DNA of 42,485 nucleotides from a virus (Duplodnaviria; Heunggongvirae; Uroviricota; Caudoviricetes): IMG/VR virus record IMGVR_UViG_2667527777_000006; one strand, 5' to 3'. Shown piece by piece: positions 1 to 10,395 of this stretch (position 1 is its first letter; each line of letters starts with the position of its first letter). The notes under the pieces were generated by a model. It saw only the letters and a program-made list of their open reading frames with translations, ran no database searches and was not told where the DNA came from. The position numbers and the translations under genes were made by a program.

Positions 1-43
1 TCAGATGGCTGCTTAAAAAAAGAACAAATGGTAGTGTCCGCTA

Positions 44-418
44 TTGCCAGTACACCTCAGGGTGTTTGTCCACACCAAACCTGCCTACCGAAGCGACGGA
101 ACAAAAACAGCAGCGGTAAGGAAGATGAGAACCGACAGCAACAAGGCATGGAAGGGAGCGTTAAAGCGGGCAGGCATTAGCAACTTCCGCTTCCATGACC
201 TGAGGCATACCTGGGCAAGCTGGCTGGTTCAGTCCGGTGTCTCTCTTCTTGCGCTTAAAGAGATGGGAGGATGGGAAACTCTCGAAATGGTTCAAAGATA
301 CGCCCACCTTTCAGCCGGGCATCTCACCGAGCACGCGAGCAAAATCGATGCGATTATAAGTCGCAATGGCACAAATACGGCACAAGAGGAGAACGTAGTT
401 TACTTAAATGCGAGGTAA
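44..418 (+). CDS. Tyrosine integrase, C-terminal fragment; gene runs off the window start and shows a frame break near nt 30-45 (possible pseudogene). Belongs to a neighbouring element, not the prophage in this window.
   Basis: Translation carries the catalytic C-terminus [16 protein letters not shown]...[15 protein letters not shown], closely similar to the int at 38456-39619. Stops lie upstream in this frame while an LKKEQ-like match continues in frame 1. Confidence 0.7.
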   Translation: MPVHLRVFVHTKPAYRSDGTKTAAVRKMRTDSNKAWKGALKRAGISNFRFHDLRHTWASWLVQSGVSLLALKEMGGWETLEMVQRYAHLSAGHLTEHASKIDAIISRNGTNTAQEENVVYLNAR

Positions 419-432
419 CTTATTGATTTAAA

Positions 433-478
433 TGGTGCCGATAATAGGAGTCGAACCTACGACCTTCGCATTACGAAT
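433..478 (-). repeat. Duplicate of the 3' 46 nt of tRNA-Thr (att core, left prophage junction)
   Basis: tggtgccgataataggagtcgaacctacgaccttcgcattacgaat matches 39634-39679 inside intact thrW; sequences diverge immediately after. Confidence 0.85.
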
Positions 479-679
479 TATAAGAATCCGATTCTAATTC
501 AAAGCATTACCCCATCAACACTGCGCTCACACGTCCCACCACATCAAAACATGTAAAGCCTTGCAAGCCATTGTGAGGCCTTATGTGTCTCAGTTTTGTC
601 TCATCAGACATAGCAAGTATCGATCAATTGAGACTTGGATGATAGACTTCATGCCTTTCAGAGCTCATTGATTAAATAA

Positions 680-1042
680 ATGTTAAAGTTATTTGTAAAG
701 TACACATCTATAGGTGTGCTGAACACACTTATACACTGGGTGGTTTTTGGTGTATGTATCTATGCCGCACATACCAGTCAGGCTCTGGCAAACTTCACAG
801 GTTTCGTAGTGGCTGTGAGCTTTAGCTTCTTCGCGAATGCAAGATTCACATTCAAAGCATCGACTACAGCGATGCGCTACATGTTATACGTGGGATTTAT
901 GGGAATATTGAGTGTGATTGTTGGTTGGGCAGCTGATAAATGCTCACTTCCTCCAATAGTCACTCTTATCACCTTCTCCGCCATCAGTCTGGTGTGCGGT
1001 TTCGTCTATTCAAAGTTCATTGTCTTTAGGGATGCGAAATGA
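680..1042 (+). CDS. gtrA: GtrA, bactoprenol-linked glucose translocase (flippase)
   Basis: 120-aa polytopic membrane protein ending KFIVFRDAK; the stop overlaps the gtrB start (ATGA); first gene of a gtrABC-type operon next to att. Confidence 0.85.
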   Translation: MLKLFVKYTSIGVLNTLIHWVVFGVCIYAAHTSQALANFTGFVVAVSFSFFANARFTFKASTTAMRYMLYVGFMGILSVIVGWAADKCSLPPIVTLITFSAISLVCGFVYSKFIVFRDAK

Positions 1043-1953
1043 AAATATCTCTTGTCGTTCCTGTCTTCAATGAAGAAGAAGCGATACCTGTTTTCTATAA
1101 AACGGTACGTGAATTCCAAGAGTTGAAGCCATATGAAGTAGAAATTGTATTCATAAATGACGGAAGTAAAGATGCCACAGAGTCAATTATTAACGCGCTG
1201 GCTGTTTCAGACCCGCTAGTTGTTCCGCTGTCATTTACACGCAACTTTGGTAAAGAACCAGCCTTATTTGCAGGGTTAGACCATGCAAGCGGCGATGCTG
1301 TAATTCCTATTGATGTCGATCTGCAGGACCCGATTGAGGTTATCCCTCATCTTATTGAAAAGTGGCAGGCAGGTGCTGATATGGTACTGGCTAAGCGCTC
1401 AGACCGTTCTACAGACGGAAGACTGAAGCGCATGACTGCTGAGTGGTTCTATAAACTTCACAATAAAATAAGCAATCCAAAGATTGAGGAGAACGTCGGC
1501 GATTTCCGACTAATGTCTCGCGGAGTTGTGGAAAACATTAAATTATTACCAGAACGCAACCTGTTCATGAAAGGAGTATTGAGCTGGGTTGGTGGGAGTA
1601 CAGATGTTGTTGAATATGCTCGCGCTGAGCGTGTTGCTGGCAGCACTAAGTTTAATGGCTGGAAGCTCTGGAACCTGGCGCTTGAAGGGATTACCAGCTT
1701 CTCAACATTTCCGTTACGCATGTGGACGTACATTGGCCTGTTCGTTGCAGGCCTGGCTTTCCTGTACGGTGCCTGGATGATCATTGATACGCTTGCATTC
1801 GGGAATCCTGTGCGCGGTTATCCATCATTGCTGGTATCAATACTTTTTCTCGGTGGTGTGCAGCTCATTGGTATCGGAGTTTTGGGCGAGTACATTGGCC
1901 GGATTTATACCGAAGTTAAACAGAGACCTCGCTACTTGTTAAAAGAGAAATAA
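1039..1953 (+). CDS. gtrB: GtrB, bactoprenol glucosyltransferase (GT2 family)
   Basis: 304 aa; N-terminus [17 protein letters not shown], DxD-type motif (IDVDLQD), two C-terminal TM helices. Confidence 0.9.
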   Translation: MKISLVVPVFNEEEAIPVFYKTVREFQELKPYEVEIVFINDGSKDATESIINALAVSDPLVVPLSFTRNFGKEPALFAGLDHASGDAVIPIDVDLQDPIEVIPHLIEKWQAGADMVLAKRSDRSTDGRLKRMTAEWFYKLHNKISNPKIEENVGDFRLMSRGVVENIKLLPERNLFMKGVLSWVGGSTDVVEYARAERVAGSTKFNGWKLWNLALEGITSFSTFPLRMWTYIGLFVAGLAFLYGAWMIIDTLAFGNPVRGYPSLLVSILFLGGVQLIGIGVLGEYIGRIYTEVKQRPRYLLKEK

Positions 1954-1954
1954 A

Positions 1955-3268
1955 ATGGCTGAAAGAATAAGGTATGTATTCCTTGCAATTTTTTGTGCAT
2001 TACTGTGCAAGGAGTCAATTGACATATGGATGATGAATAATGGCGACTTCGATAGGGCCATAACACCTTTCATGAATGGGATCAGACAGTTCTCACATGA
2101 TGGCACATTACTTTATACCCTGAAGGAAAATTTCAGTTCAATTGTGAACTATGAGTATAAAAGCTCATTTAGTTATATTCTTTATTTATACGCTTATGTT
2201 ATATCGATATTCACACACACATTTGATCTTAGGTTATGGTCATCTCTTTCCAAAATCGTGTATATTTGTGCGTTATATAAACTATTTGTAGAAATAAACA
2301 ATAAAAAATATTCTTATCTTTTATTTCCGGTATCAGCATTATTGCTATTTACTCCTTCCATACTTTCACAATTCACAGCATTTTATCAGGAGCAAATAGT
2401 AATCACTTTACTTCCGGTAATTACTTATATAATTCTTAAAAAAGAAATATCAAGGTTTGATAAAGTATTACTAGTTGCATGCGCAGCGCTAATCGCCACA
2501 TCAAAATCTCAGTTCTTCTATATTCCCATTTTAATTTCTTTAATTTCAATAATATTTATTGACATAAGAGATAAAAAATTTCACTTAGCTATGGTAATTG
2601 CGACGATAATTGCATTGTCATTTTCATTTTTCTCGCCAAGCGCAACTAAATATAACAGCTATCACTCCCTTTATTTCGGGACTTTGCTATACAATAAAAG
2701 CAATGGAAAAGAAAATCCATCGTGGGCCGTGGACGAATGCATTGGTGTTGATGCATGGGGAAATAAATTTGATTTGGATAAGGGAGCTGTTACCACAAAA
2801 GATGCTGGAGCCTGCTTCGCAAAAAATAAAGAAAGGGGATTGAAGGATTCTTTGCTTTTGATGCTAAAGCAACCTTCCATGTTCCTCCTTCTTCCTTTTG
2901 ATTCTGGAGTTCGAACCCAATTAACTGAAGATTACTTCCATGTCTTCAAGGAAAATAAGCTAATAATAAGTAAGAGTGTTTTTTTGAATGAAGTTCAAAA
3001 AATAAAAGACTCTGCTCTATCAACTGTGAGGATTCCTGTTGCATTTATAGCCATGATAGCATCACTGATTTTTATCCGAAAAAAATATTCTGTTGCAATC
3101 TTTACATTATCTGCTTTTAGCATCTCTCAGTTTTATATTAGCTTCATTGGCGAAGGATATAGAGATTTAGACAAGCATCTTTTTGCAATGAACTTTTCAT
3201 TTGACCTAATGATATTTATAGTACTATCAATTATATTGGATAAGGTAGCATCAGGAATTTATAAGTAA
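1955..3268 (+). CDS. GtrC-type serotype-specific O-antigen glucosyltransferase (type not assignable by eye)
   Basis: 437-aa, very AT-rich, polytopic membrane protein directly downstream of gtrB; the position and composition are typical of the variable third gtr gene. Confidence 0.75.
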   Translation: MAERIRYVFLAIFCALLCKESIDIWMMNNGDFDRAITPFMNGIRQFSHDGTLLYTLKENFSSIVNYEYKSSFSYILYLYAYVISIFTHTFDLRLWSSLSKIVYICALYKLFVEINNKKYSYLLFPVSALLLFTPSILSQFTAFYQEQIVITLLPVITYIILKKEISRFDKVLLVACAALIATSKSQFFYIPILISLISIIFIDIRDKKFHLAMVIATIIALSFSFFSPSATKYNSYHSLYFGTLLYNKSNGKENPSWAVDECIGVDAWGNKFDLDKGAVTTKDAGACFAKNKERGLKDSLLLMLKQPSMFLLLPFDSGVRTQLTEDYFHVFKENKLIISKSVFLNEVQKIKDSALSTVRIPVAFIAMIASLIFIRKKYSVAIFTLSAFSISQFYISFIGEGYRDLDKHLFAMNFSFDLMIFIVLSIILDKVASGIYK

Positions 3269-3305
3269 ACATCCCCCCCACAGTTATCCTGGGGGGGGGA
3301 TTTTA
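3269..3305. terminator. Bidirectional hairpin terminator between convergent gtrC and the tail-fibre-like gene
   Basis: Inverted repeat atccccccca / tggggggggat with a short loop, followed by a T-run. Confidence 0.6.
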
Positions 3306-3914
3306 TGTAGCGTTAAATCTTGCTCTATAGTCTTTTCCTAATGCTATGAAATCTATGTCAGTGGGAGCGCCTGCAGTATTGTACATCCTTACAACGAATG
3401 AGTTTGCGGTAGGATAACCACCTATTATTCCGTATCCTGGTACCCCTACAGTAGTTATTTCTACAGCCACGTTTGCTATATCATGATTTGCATTTACTGT
3501 ATAAACCCCAGTCGCTCCCCTTGTAACACTGAGTATATTTCTCCTGTTTCCCATTGCTCCAGTCGCACCAACAACGCTCACACCAAAAGCGAAGTCAGGA
3601 GAGCTTTTCCATTTAACAGTAGCATCCACAACCGGTGATTGTGATGGGATCCATAAGTTATCATAATCGATAAAAATAGCCTGCTCATTGGCGGAATATC
3701 CACTTATACTAACATCTGGCCTCGATGCGCTTGCCGTATAGCCAACCCCAAGGCAGGTATTACCGCGCATCTCTAGTGTCATCTTAACCCCTTCCGGGTA
3801 AGAATAATTACCGCCCAATACTACAACCTGGCTGACGGGGTACTGGCTGGAATTATTGTTAAAATTAGAGTTAATAATGAATCGCCACAGGTTTAACAGA
3901 CACCTCAGAGTCAT
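3303..3914 (-). CDS. Tail-fibre-like receptor-binding-domain protein; the N-terminus probably runs into the IS3-family element, so likely a truncated remnant
   Basis: Gly/Ser/Thr/Val-rich beta-rich composition like the C-terminus of the fibre at 6015-6665; the upstream end coincides with the predicted IS left end. Confidence 0.4.
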   Translation of the reverse strand: MTLRCLLNLWRFIINSNFNNNSSQYPVSQVVVLGGNYSYPEGVKMTLEMRGNTCLGVGYTASASRPDVSISGYSANEQAIFIDYDNLWIPSQSPVVDATVKWKSSPDFAFGVSVVGATGAMGNRRNILSVTRGATGVYTVNANHDIANVAVEITTVGVPGYGIIGGYPTANSFVVRMYNTAGAPTDIDFIALGKDYRARFNAT

Positions 3915-3934
3915 TTAAGATGACTTAAAGAGAG

Positions 3935-4237
3935 GTGCCCATGAGCGGTAAGCGTTATCCCGAAGAGTTTAAAATTGAAGCGGTAAAACAGGTTGTTGAT
4001 CGCGGCCATTCTGTTTCCAGCGTGGCAACACGTCTCGGTATCACCACCCACAGTCTTTATGCCTGGATAAAGGCATATGGCCCGGATTCCTCAACCAATA
4101 AAGTCCAGTCAGACGCTCAGGCTGAGATCCGACGCCTCCAGAAAGAGCTGAAGCGGGTTACCGACGAACGGGACATATTGAATCTACAGCGGCGTACTTC
4201 GCAAAGCTGTCCGACTGAGGTACGCCTTTATCCGTGA
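3935..4237 (+). CDS. IS3-family transposase OrfA (HTH)
   Basis: 100 aa with HTH (SVSSVATRLGITTHSLYAWIK) and a leucine-zipper-like C-terminus. Confidence 0.8.
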   Translation: MPMSGKRYPEEFKIEAVKQVVDRGHSVSSVATRLGITTHSLYAWIKAYGPDSSTNKVQSDAQAEIRRLQKELKRVTDERDILNLQRRTSQSCPTEVRLYP

Positions 4238-4274
4238 CAACACCCATTGCTGGCCTGTCCGACTGCTTTGTCGG

Positions 4275-5087
4275 GTGCTGGATGTGCATCCGAGTGGTTT
4301 TTACGCCTGGCTTCAGCAGCCGGATTCACGGCGGCATCATGCTGACCTGAGGCTGACGGGGCTGATAAAGCAGTTCTGGCTGGAGTCGGGTTGCGTTTAT
4401 GGTTATCGCAAGATCCACCTCGACCTGCGGGATACCGGACAACAGTGCGGAGTTAACCGTGTCTGGCGACTGATGAAGCGTGCCGGGATAAGGGCTCAGG
4501 TCGGGTACCGTAGCCCACGGGCACGTAAGGGTGAAACCAGCATCGTGACGCCCAACAGGCTCCAGCGGCAGTTCAACTCGGAAGCACCGGATGAGCGTTG
4601 GGTAACGGACATCACCTACATCCGGACTCACGAAGGCTGGCTGTATCTGGCTGTGGTTGTTGACCTGTTCTCGCGCAAAGTTATTGGCTGGTCAATGCAG
4701 CCCCGGATGACAAAGGATATTGTCCTGAATGCACTTCTGATGGCCGTGTGGCGACGTAATCCTCAAAAGCAGGTGCTGGTTCATTCTGATCAAGGCAGTC
4801 AGTACACAAGCTATGAGTGGCAGTCGTTCCTGAAATCACACGGGCTGGAGGGCAGTATGAGCCGTCGCGGTAACTGTCATGACAACGCAGTCGCAGAAAG
4901 TTTTTTCCAGCTACTGAAACGTGAACGGATAAAGAAAAAGATCTACGGAACGCGAGAAGAAGCTCGCGGTGATATTTTTGATTACATCGAAATGTTTTAT
5001 AACAGTAAGCGTCGGCATGGTTCGAGTGATCATATGCCACCAACTGAATACGAAAACCAATATTATCAGCGGCTCGGAAGTGTCTAG
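4275..5087 (+). CDS. IS3-family transposase OrfB (DDE integrase core)
   Basis: Motifs WVTDITYIRT, HSDQGSQYTS and CHDNAVAESFF typical of the rve DDE domain. Confidence 0.85.
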   Translation: MLDVHPSGFYAWLQQPDSRRHHADLRLTGLIKQFWLESGCVYGYRKIHLDLRDTGQQCGVNRVWRLMKRAGIRAQVGYRSPRARKGETSIVTPNRLQRQFNSEAPDERWVTDITYIRTHEGWLYLAVVVDLFSRKVIGWSMQPRMTKDIVLNALLMAVWRRNPQKQVLVHSDQGSQYTSYEWQSFLKSHGLEGSMSRRGNCHDNAVAESFFQLLKRERIKKKIYGTREEARGDIFDYIEMFYNSKRRHGSSDHMPPTEYENQYYQRLGSV

Positions 5088-5099
5088 ATTATCTGTGGC

Positions 5100-5619
5100 G
5101 ATTCATATTTCTGCATCAACTGAATATCTTGCTGTGGGTGTCGGTATCCCTGCATATTCCTGTTTAGATGCTCCTGGCTCATATAAAGCTGGTTATGCAA
5201 TTTGCCGTTCTGCAGATTTTAACTCATGGGAATATGTGCCAGACCATCGCGGTGAAAACGTTTATAGCACCGAAACAGGAGAATCGAAAGAAATCACAGC
5301 TCTGGGTGATTACCCTGAAAATACAACCACTATCGCCCCGTTAACGCCATATGATAAATGGGATGGTGAGAAATGGGTGACGGATACTGAGGCACAGCAT
5401 AGCGCCGCAGTAGGTGCAGCAGAAGTACAGCGCCAGTCTCTGGTTGATGCTGCTATGGCTTCCATCAGTCTGATTCAGCTGAAATTGCAGGCCGGACGTA
5501 AACTGACGCAGGCAGAAACAACCCGCCTTAACGCTGTGCTGGATTACATTGACGCGGTGACGGCAACAGATACCAGCACCGCGCCGGATGTCATCTGGCC
5601 TGAACTGCCGGAGGCGTAG
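5100..5619 (+). pseudogene. Tail fibre assembly protein (Tfa) on the opposite strand, lacking its 5' end because of the IS insertion
   Basis: C-terminal region ...SWEYVPDHRGENVY...KWDGEKWVTDTEAQH...DIEWPE-like Tfa motifs; the first roughly 15 codons of a normal Tfa are missing at the IS boundary. Confidence 0.6.
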
Positions 5620-6010
5620 GCCATTCAATATCGAGTGCTGTTGAAGTATTAACACGCATCAATAGCACGCGATATTTTTTCCATGCCAGTAACAGTTTCG
5701 TTTCATCATCTGTTGCCATACCTAAATCAACCGCATCCTGAAGCGGCGCTATTACATTCGTTGCCTCTGCTATCAGTGCAGATTTCTTTTCATCATTTAT
5801 TAAGGCTAATTGTTCTGGTGTTGGAGAAGGACGGTCAACAATGACAGGATGACCGTTCTCACCACAGGTAATCATTTTTGTTACACTCTGTGAGTTAATC
5901 AGTGTTTTCCACTCTGATTCCGAGATTTCCACTGCATCATCAGGAATATTGGTGCCGTGAAATTCAGTCGAATAAAATCCGTTTGTCGATGCAGAATAAA
6001 AATATGACAT
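5591..6010 (-). CDS. Tail fibre assembly protein (Tfa/Mu U-like)
   Basis: Starts [15 protein letters not shown]-terminus ...LDIEWPTPP, typical Tfa. Confidence 0.75.
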   Translation of the reverse strand: MSYFYSASTNGFYSTEFHGTNIPDDAVEISESEWKTLINSQSVTKMITCGENGHPVIVDRPSPTPEQLALINDEKKSALIAEATNVIAPLQDAVDLGMATDDETKLLLAWKKYRVLLMRVNTSTALDIEWPTPPAVQAR

Positions 6011-6014
6011 TTCG

Positions 6015-6665
6015 TTAATATCCCATTGCAATGTAATACGCATCAGAAGATGCACCATATCCTGAACCGGGCGACACAGTAATATTAAATCCAGTGTTAT
6101 GGACATTTGTCGCCGATACAGTCGGCTGCCCAGCCGCGCCAGTAACGTTCAATGTAACTGTGACAGCAAGGACTCTTGAGAATGTCATCGGGAACCTCAT
6201 CCCGTATGTTGAAGATACATTAGGGGAGCCATTCAACTGACCGCACTGTAAAATTAATCCAGACGGAAATTTTTGCGCAGCAGCCGTTGCGGTATTACTT
6301 GACGCGAACAGGCTCATATCAGGTATCTGATTCGCCCCTGTACCTACATTCCTTTTAGCTGCTTCTCCCAAACCAAGGTTTTCGAGAGCCGTTTTCACCG
6401 TGCCATCCGATTTGATATCGCCAAACGGATTCTTGCGGCTTAACAGCAGCGCGCGAAGTGCGGTAAGCAACTGATCGTGCCGCCCCTTCTCCAGGCTGGC
6501 ACCGGATGCCTCCACCACGCTGCAAAGCTCCTCCTGCAACATGTCAAAGTAGTCATCATCCAGATCGGTGGCAGGCGTGCCAGTCTGGGGGTTACCACGG
6601 GTAAAACCGTTCTTACCCGCGCCGAACTTATCCTTCTGCGCGGTTTTCGTGTCTATACGATGCAT
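6015..6665 (-). CDS. Tail fibre protein (Mu S-like)
   Basis: Conserved fibre N-terminus followed by a Gly/Ser/Thr-rich variable C-terminus; immediately upstream of tfa. Confidence 0.7.
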   Translation of the reverse strand: MHRIDTKTAQKDKFGAGKNGFTRGNPQTGTPATDLDDDYFDMLQEELCSVVEASGASLEKGRHDQLLTALRALLLSRKNPFGDIKSDGTVKTALENLGLGEAAKRNVGTGANQIPDMSLFASSNTATAAAQKFPSGLILQCGQLNGSPNVSSTYGMRFPMTFSRVLAVTVTLNVTGAAGQPTVSATNVHNTGFNITVSPGSGYGASSDAYYIAMGY

Positions 6666-6668
6666 GGA

Positions 6669-7253
6669 TTACTCCGGATATTTAAAAATCACATAGGTAT
6701 GCGACGGGCAGAGTTTGTTAAGCACACACTCGACAACGGTGTCCCCCCAGAAGCGCAGCGCGGAATCACAGGGATCGCCACATGTCATCCAGGTGGTGTT
6801 GGTGGCGACTGGCATGTTGACCTGCCAGTAATACCGCCATTCCGGCGCATTCACCGCGTCAGTACAGGCAGATGAGCAGGTGAACGTGCTTTTGTCGTAT
6901 CGCGTGATGGTAGCGTCTGGTCTGCCCAGGGCAGCAAGCTGTGCAAGGTAAAAATCCTCATTGATGCCGCCCGCCAGGTTAACCTTCGCATCCAGTCGTT
7001 GCTGACGCTGGCGAAGGGTCTGTGTCCCTGCGGGAATACATTCATCCGGCAGACCGCACAGACGCTCCCAGCGGTTTATCAGTTCAGTGGTGGTGTGCGG
7101 ATCCAGCTCCCGCATCAGGGCATCCGCACGCTGATGAACGCGGGTTAATGACGGTGCCGCACCGGCAATCGCCGGATCTCTGGCTGACCACGCCGGACCG
7201 GGTGGCAACAGTGCCGACAACAGACGGATGTAATCATCGTTTGTCACGTCCAT
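6669..7253 (-). CDS. Baseplate/tail protein, Mu gp48-like
   Basis: 194 aa, positioned between the baseplate J-like gene and the tail fibre as in Mu-like tails. Confidence 0.6.
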   Translation of the reverse strand: MDVTNDDYIRLLSALLPPGPAWSARDPAIAGAAPSLTRVHQRADALMRELDPHTTTELINRWERLCGLPDECIPAGTQTLRQRQQRLDAKVNLAGGINEDFYLAQLAALGRPDATITRYDKSTFTCSSACTDAVNAPEWRYYWQVNMPVATNTTWMTCGDPCDSALRFWGDTVVECVLNKLCPSHTYVIFKYPE

Positions 7254-8302
7254 GAAATCGTCCCCAGTACCGCCAGTTCATTTTTTGCAATGGAGATATT
7301 GTCCGCCGGTGCAAGCAACTGATGGCTGTATTCCCCGTTCGCACCGGAAATCGCTTCACTGATACGTGACACCTTCAGTTCTCCCTGCGGATAACCATCA
7401 CGCAGCAGGAACGAACGCAACTCGGCGGTAATGGCAGCCCGTATTTCCGGTGTGTCCGGCGTCACACGGATATGAAAATCCACTTTATGCGCCACCGGCC
7501 TGAATACATACAAATCAGAGCCTGCCACCGGGGCCAGTGGCCCGATATGTTGTCTTGCCGCCGTTTCCGTTGATTCTTCCGGAATGGGATTAATCAGGTC
7601 ACTGCCGGCAATCATCACACCGACAGTCCCCGTTCCCATCCAGTGTCGGTATGTCCATGCGCGGGTAATGCCGGGCACTTCTTTAGCCCAGACGACATAG
7701 TCCCCGTCAGCCCCGCCCTGAGGCGTCCAGTAATACCGCTCAATGACGCGGGCGCGCCACGTTTCCAGCTCTTCAGTATCAAATCCACCTGTCAGGGTAT
7801 CTGCCACGCCGGAAGACGGCAGACCATTCACCGGCGTGACCAGGATTAATGACGTACCGTCGTCAGCGTTACCGACCGCGCCTGCACTTGAGCAGGCGAT
7901 CGGCACGCGCAGGACACCACCGGTGCTGGTTGCATCGGCAGTTGCCGTGTACTGCACCAGGTCATCGCGCTGAATAACACTCCCGGCGGTCACCTTCAGG
8001 CCATCGCTGACACCTTCCCAGCGCATATACCCGCTGGCAGCCGTGGCCCCCTTGCGCGGACACCGTTTCATCGCAGCATGTCGCGCCAGCCAGGACTCAT
8101 CGCACAGGTCAGGCAGCATGTTCATTGCCAGATAATCGATGTAACCGTAAACCGTATGCAGCGCCGCCGCATACACCTTTGCCCGCACGTCTTCATCCAT
8201 GCGCCGGAGCGTGTCGCTGACGTCCAGCCTGGCGAATAAATCGTTACGGAGCATACTGATATTTTCTGCCAGCGTCGGGCGCTGAAATTCACTGTCCGCC
8301 AT
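7244..8302 (-). CDS. Baseplate J-like protein (Mu gp47-like)
   Basis: 352 aa in the conserved baseplate gene order. Confidence 0.7.
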   Translation of the reverse strand: MADSEFQRPTLAENISMLRNDLFARLDVSDTLRRMDEDVRAKVYAAALHTVYGYIDYLAMNMLPDLCDESWLARHAAMKRCPRKGATAASGYMRWEGVSDGLKVTAGSVIQRDDLVQYTATADATSTGGVLRVPIACSSAGAVGNADDGTSLILVTPVNGLPSSGVADTLTGGFDTEELETWRARVIERYYWTPQGGADGDYVVWAKEVPGITRAWTYRHWMGTGTVGVMIAGSDLINPIPEESTETAARQHIGPLAPVAGSDLYVFRPVAHKVDFHIRVTPDTPEIRAAITAELRSFLLRDGYPQGELKVSRISEAISGANGEYSHQLLAPADNISIAKNELAVLGTISWT

Positions 8303-8717
8303 GCGTTATCGCACTCCACAGATCATCAAAAGAAATCATTACTGGTCCATCACGACGCCAGAGGGTGATACTGTTACCCAGCTCATTAATCCCGGTGCGG
8401 CGGATATCCAGATCAATACGGGACACCACGCCGTCATCAATCATCCATTGCAGGCATTCGCGGATATATCCCCTTACCGTCTGCACCAGCTGATTGGTCA
8501 GTTTGCTGCGCTGAAGCAGCCACAGTCGGGAGCCGTAACGGTCATTCTGTACCGCAGGCCAGGTATCCCCCCACCATCCCATCGGGACGTCGGCGTTGTC
8601 ATCAGGCTCCGCCCGCCGCCAGGTAAACAGGGAAATCACCACGGCGCGGGTCAGCGGATCCAGCGGTGCGCTGGCGCAGGTGCGTTTACCGTTCACCGTC
8701 AGCCACAGTTCCATCAT
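8289..8717 (-). CDS. Baseplate wedge protein (Mu gp46 / GPW-gp25-like)
   Basis: 142 aa, overlapping neighbours in the baseplate module. Confidence 0.6.
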   Translation of the reverse strand: MMELWLTVNGKRTCASAPLDPLTRAVVISLFTWRRAEPDDNADVPMGWWGDTWPAVQNDRYGSRLWLLQRSKLTNQLVQTVRGYIRECLQWMIDDGVVSRIDLDIRRTGINELGNSITLWRRDGPVMISFDDLWSAITHGGQ

Positions 8718-9262
8718 GCCTCCATCGCTTTATCAGGTTTGTCGGTGTTACTGCCCTGACCGTTCTCTCTGTGACGATGCCCGTTATAGGCAAGCCGCAT
8801 CGCTGACATGGTGGTGCCGCCGGAGTCGCACAGGTCTTTCACCTGTCCTGTCACTTCCAGGTCCATTTCAAAACGTGCCTTAGGCGCATTGCGAAACGTG
8901 ATCGTTTTACCTGCACCGTCCACCACGATCCCCTCCCGGGTCAGCGTCACAGACTGCCCCTGATCGTCATAGACAGCCACCTCACCCGTCTGCAGCCCTT
9001 TCAGGCGGTAGCGCCGGTCCGACACCGTAACAACCACCGCATGAGAACGGTCGCCATCCGGAAACAACACCACCGCTTCCGCACCGCTGTTTGCCCTTGC
9101 GGTAAAACCGTAGGGTTCAAGATGTTCAATCCCGGCTTTGGGTTCACCGGCAATCAGGGACACATCCACGGTCTGACATTTCGTGGCGGCACTGATGCTT
9201 TTCACCACTGCCCGCCCAATCAGGCCGAGGAGTTGTCGCTGCATGGCTTCAATCGTCCTCAT
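8714..9262 (-). CDS. Baseplate assembly protein V-like (spike / hub, Mu gp45-like)
   Basis: 182 aa, beta-rich OB-like core; conserved position. Confidence 0.65.
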   Translation of the reverse strand: MRTIEAMQRQLLGLIGRAVVKSISAATKCQTVDVSLIAGEPKAGIEHLEPYGFTARANSGAEAVVLFPDGDRSHAVVVTVSDRRYRLKGLQTGEVAVYDDQGQSVTLTREGIVVDGAGKTITFRNAPKARFEMDLEVTGQVKDLCDSGGTTMSAMRLAYNGHRHRENGQGSNTDKPDKAMEA

Positions 9263-10395
9263 CAGAACGGGTCCTCCTGTACTCTGGCTTTTTTCTTTTT
9301 CCGCGCGCCGGGGGCTTCGGGTTCAGGCAGATAAGCATCAGGCGGGCCGACACGGATTTCCGTCAGGGTGCCGTTCTGGTCCTGAGTAAACGTGACTTCC
9401 GAAACAAGCAGTTCGGTATTGTCGAAACCACAGACCGGATCAAAGACAATCACCCGCTGGTTGGGCTGCCACAGCGTACCGTTACCCTGTCGCCAGCCCT
9501 GCACCACATAGGTGGTTTCATCCGTCCGCGCCGCCCGTTGCCGGGCTTCAAAGTCAGCACGCGCAATACAGCCTGCCCCCGTAGCCTGCCCTGTCTGCCT
9601 GATATACATCGGACGGTAACGGGCAATAAATGCGTCCTCTGTGCGGGCCCGCAGCGCGGTGGTGGTGGCCTCACCGAAATCATCGTCGTTTCCGGCACGC
9701 TGCCCCGCCACCTGGTAAACAGAAAATCGCTCCCGGATACTCTTCTCCGTATCGCAGGAAAGGATGTTTTCCCCGAGTACCAGCGCAGTATGTGCCCGCG
9801 TTGAGCCAATACCGCCAATCACCAGCCTGCCGTGCGGGTCGTCGTAAGCCAGTGCCTGCTGCTGACCGAGTATTTTGTTGATTACCTCAATCACCGTTTC
9901 ACCGTGATCAGGCTGAACATCAGGAATAACACCCGACGGCGCACCGCTGTTCACCACCTCAATGCCGAAAGGCGCAGCAAGCGCCTGCGCAATCTGTACC
10001 AGCGATCGTCCGTTAAACTGTGTCGGTTCGGCTGCACAGTCAATCAGGTCAGCGGTCAGACTGCGTCCGGCAATACCGGTGCTGACCGAACGGGCATCGT
10101 AACGAACGGGCGTCGCCTCCACCCAGCCGGTGATCACCAGCTCATCACCAATCAGCACCTCCACTTTTGAACCGTTTTTAANNNNNNNNNNNNNNNNNNN
10201 NNNNNNNNNNNNNNNNNNNNNNNNNNNNNNNNNNNNNNNNNNNNNNNNNNNNNNNNNNNNNNNNNNNNNNNNNNNNNNNNNNNNNNNNNNNNNNNNNNNN
10301 NNNNNNNNNNNNNNNNNNNNNNNNNNNNNNNNNNNNNNNNNNNNNNNNNNNNNNNNCTCCCGGCCATTTACCCGTAGCGTGACATTGTCGTTCAT
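9262..10395 (-). CDS. Tail protein, Mu P (gp44) / gpD-like; interrupted by assembly gap 10182-10356
   Basis: 377-aa ORF including an N-run; flanking translation is consistent with the Mu-like baseplate hub gene. Confidence 0.6.
   Translation of the reverse strand: MNDNVTLRVNGREXXXXXXXXXXXXXXXXXXXXXXXXXXXXXXXXXXXXXXXXXXXXXXXXXXXXXXXXXXXKNGSKVEVLIGDELVITGWVEATPVRYDARSVSTGIAGRSLTADLIDCAAEPTQFNGRSLVQIAQALAAPFGIEVVNSGAPSGVIPDVQPDHGETVIEVINKILGQQQALAYDDPHGRLVIGGIGSTRAHTALVLGENILSCDTEKSIRERFSVYQVAGQRAGNDDDFGEATTTALRARTEDAFIARYRPMYIRQTGQATGAGCIARADFEARQRAARTDETTYVVQGWRQGNGTLWQPNQRVIVFDPVCGFDNTELLVSEVTFTQDQNGTLTEIRVGPPDAYLPEPEAPGARKKKKARVQEDPF

Larger units (their letters stand above)
3870..5100 (+). 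mobile_element. IS3-family insertion sequence (ends approximate) inserted in the tail-fibre/tail-fibre-assembly region
   Basis: Contains orfA (HTH) and orfB (DDE integrase core); it truncates the 5' end of a plus-strand tail fibre assembly gene at about nt 5100. Confidence 0.75.

Noticed and set aside
500-680. Dam/OxyR phase-variation switch upstream of gtrA
   Set aside because: Only one clear GATC was seen in the leader; not enough to support a phase-variation element.
10182-10356. N-runs (also 27316-27691 and 41373-41453) as possible features
   Set aside because: They are undetermined bases (assembly gaps or masking); ORFs shown with X-runs across them are artefacts of translation through N.
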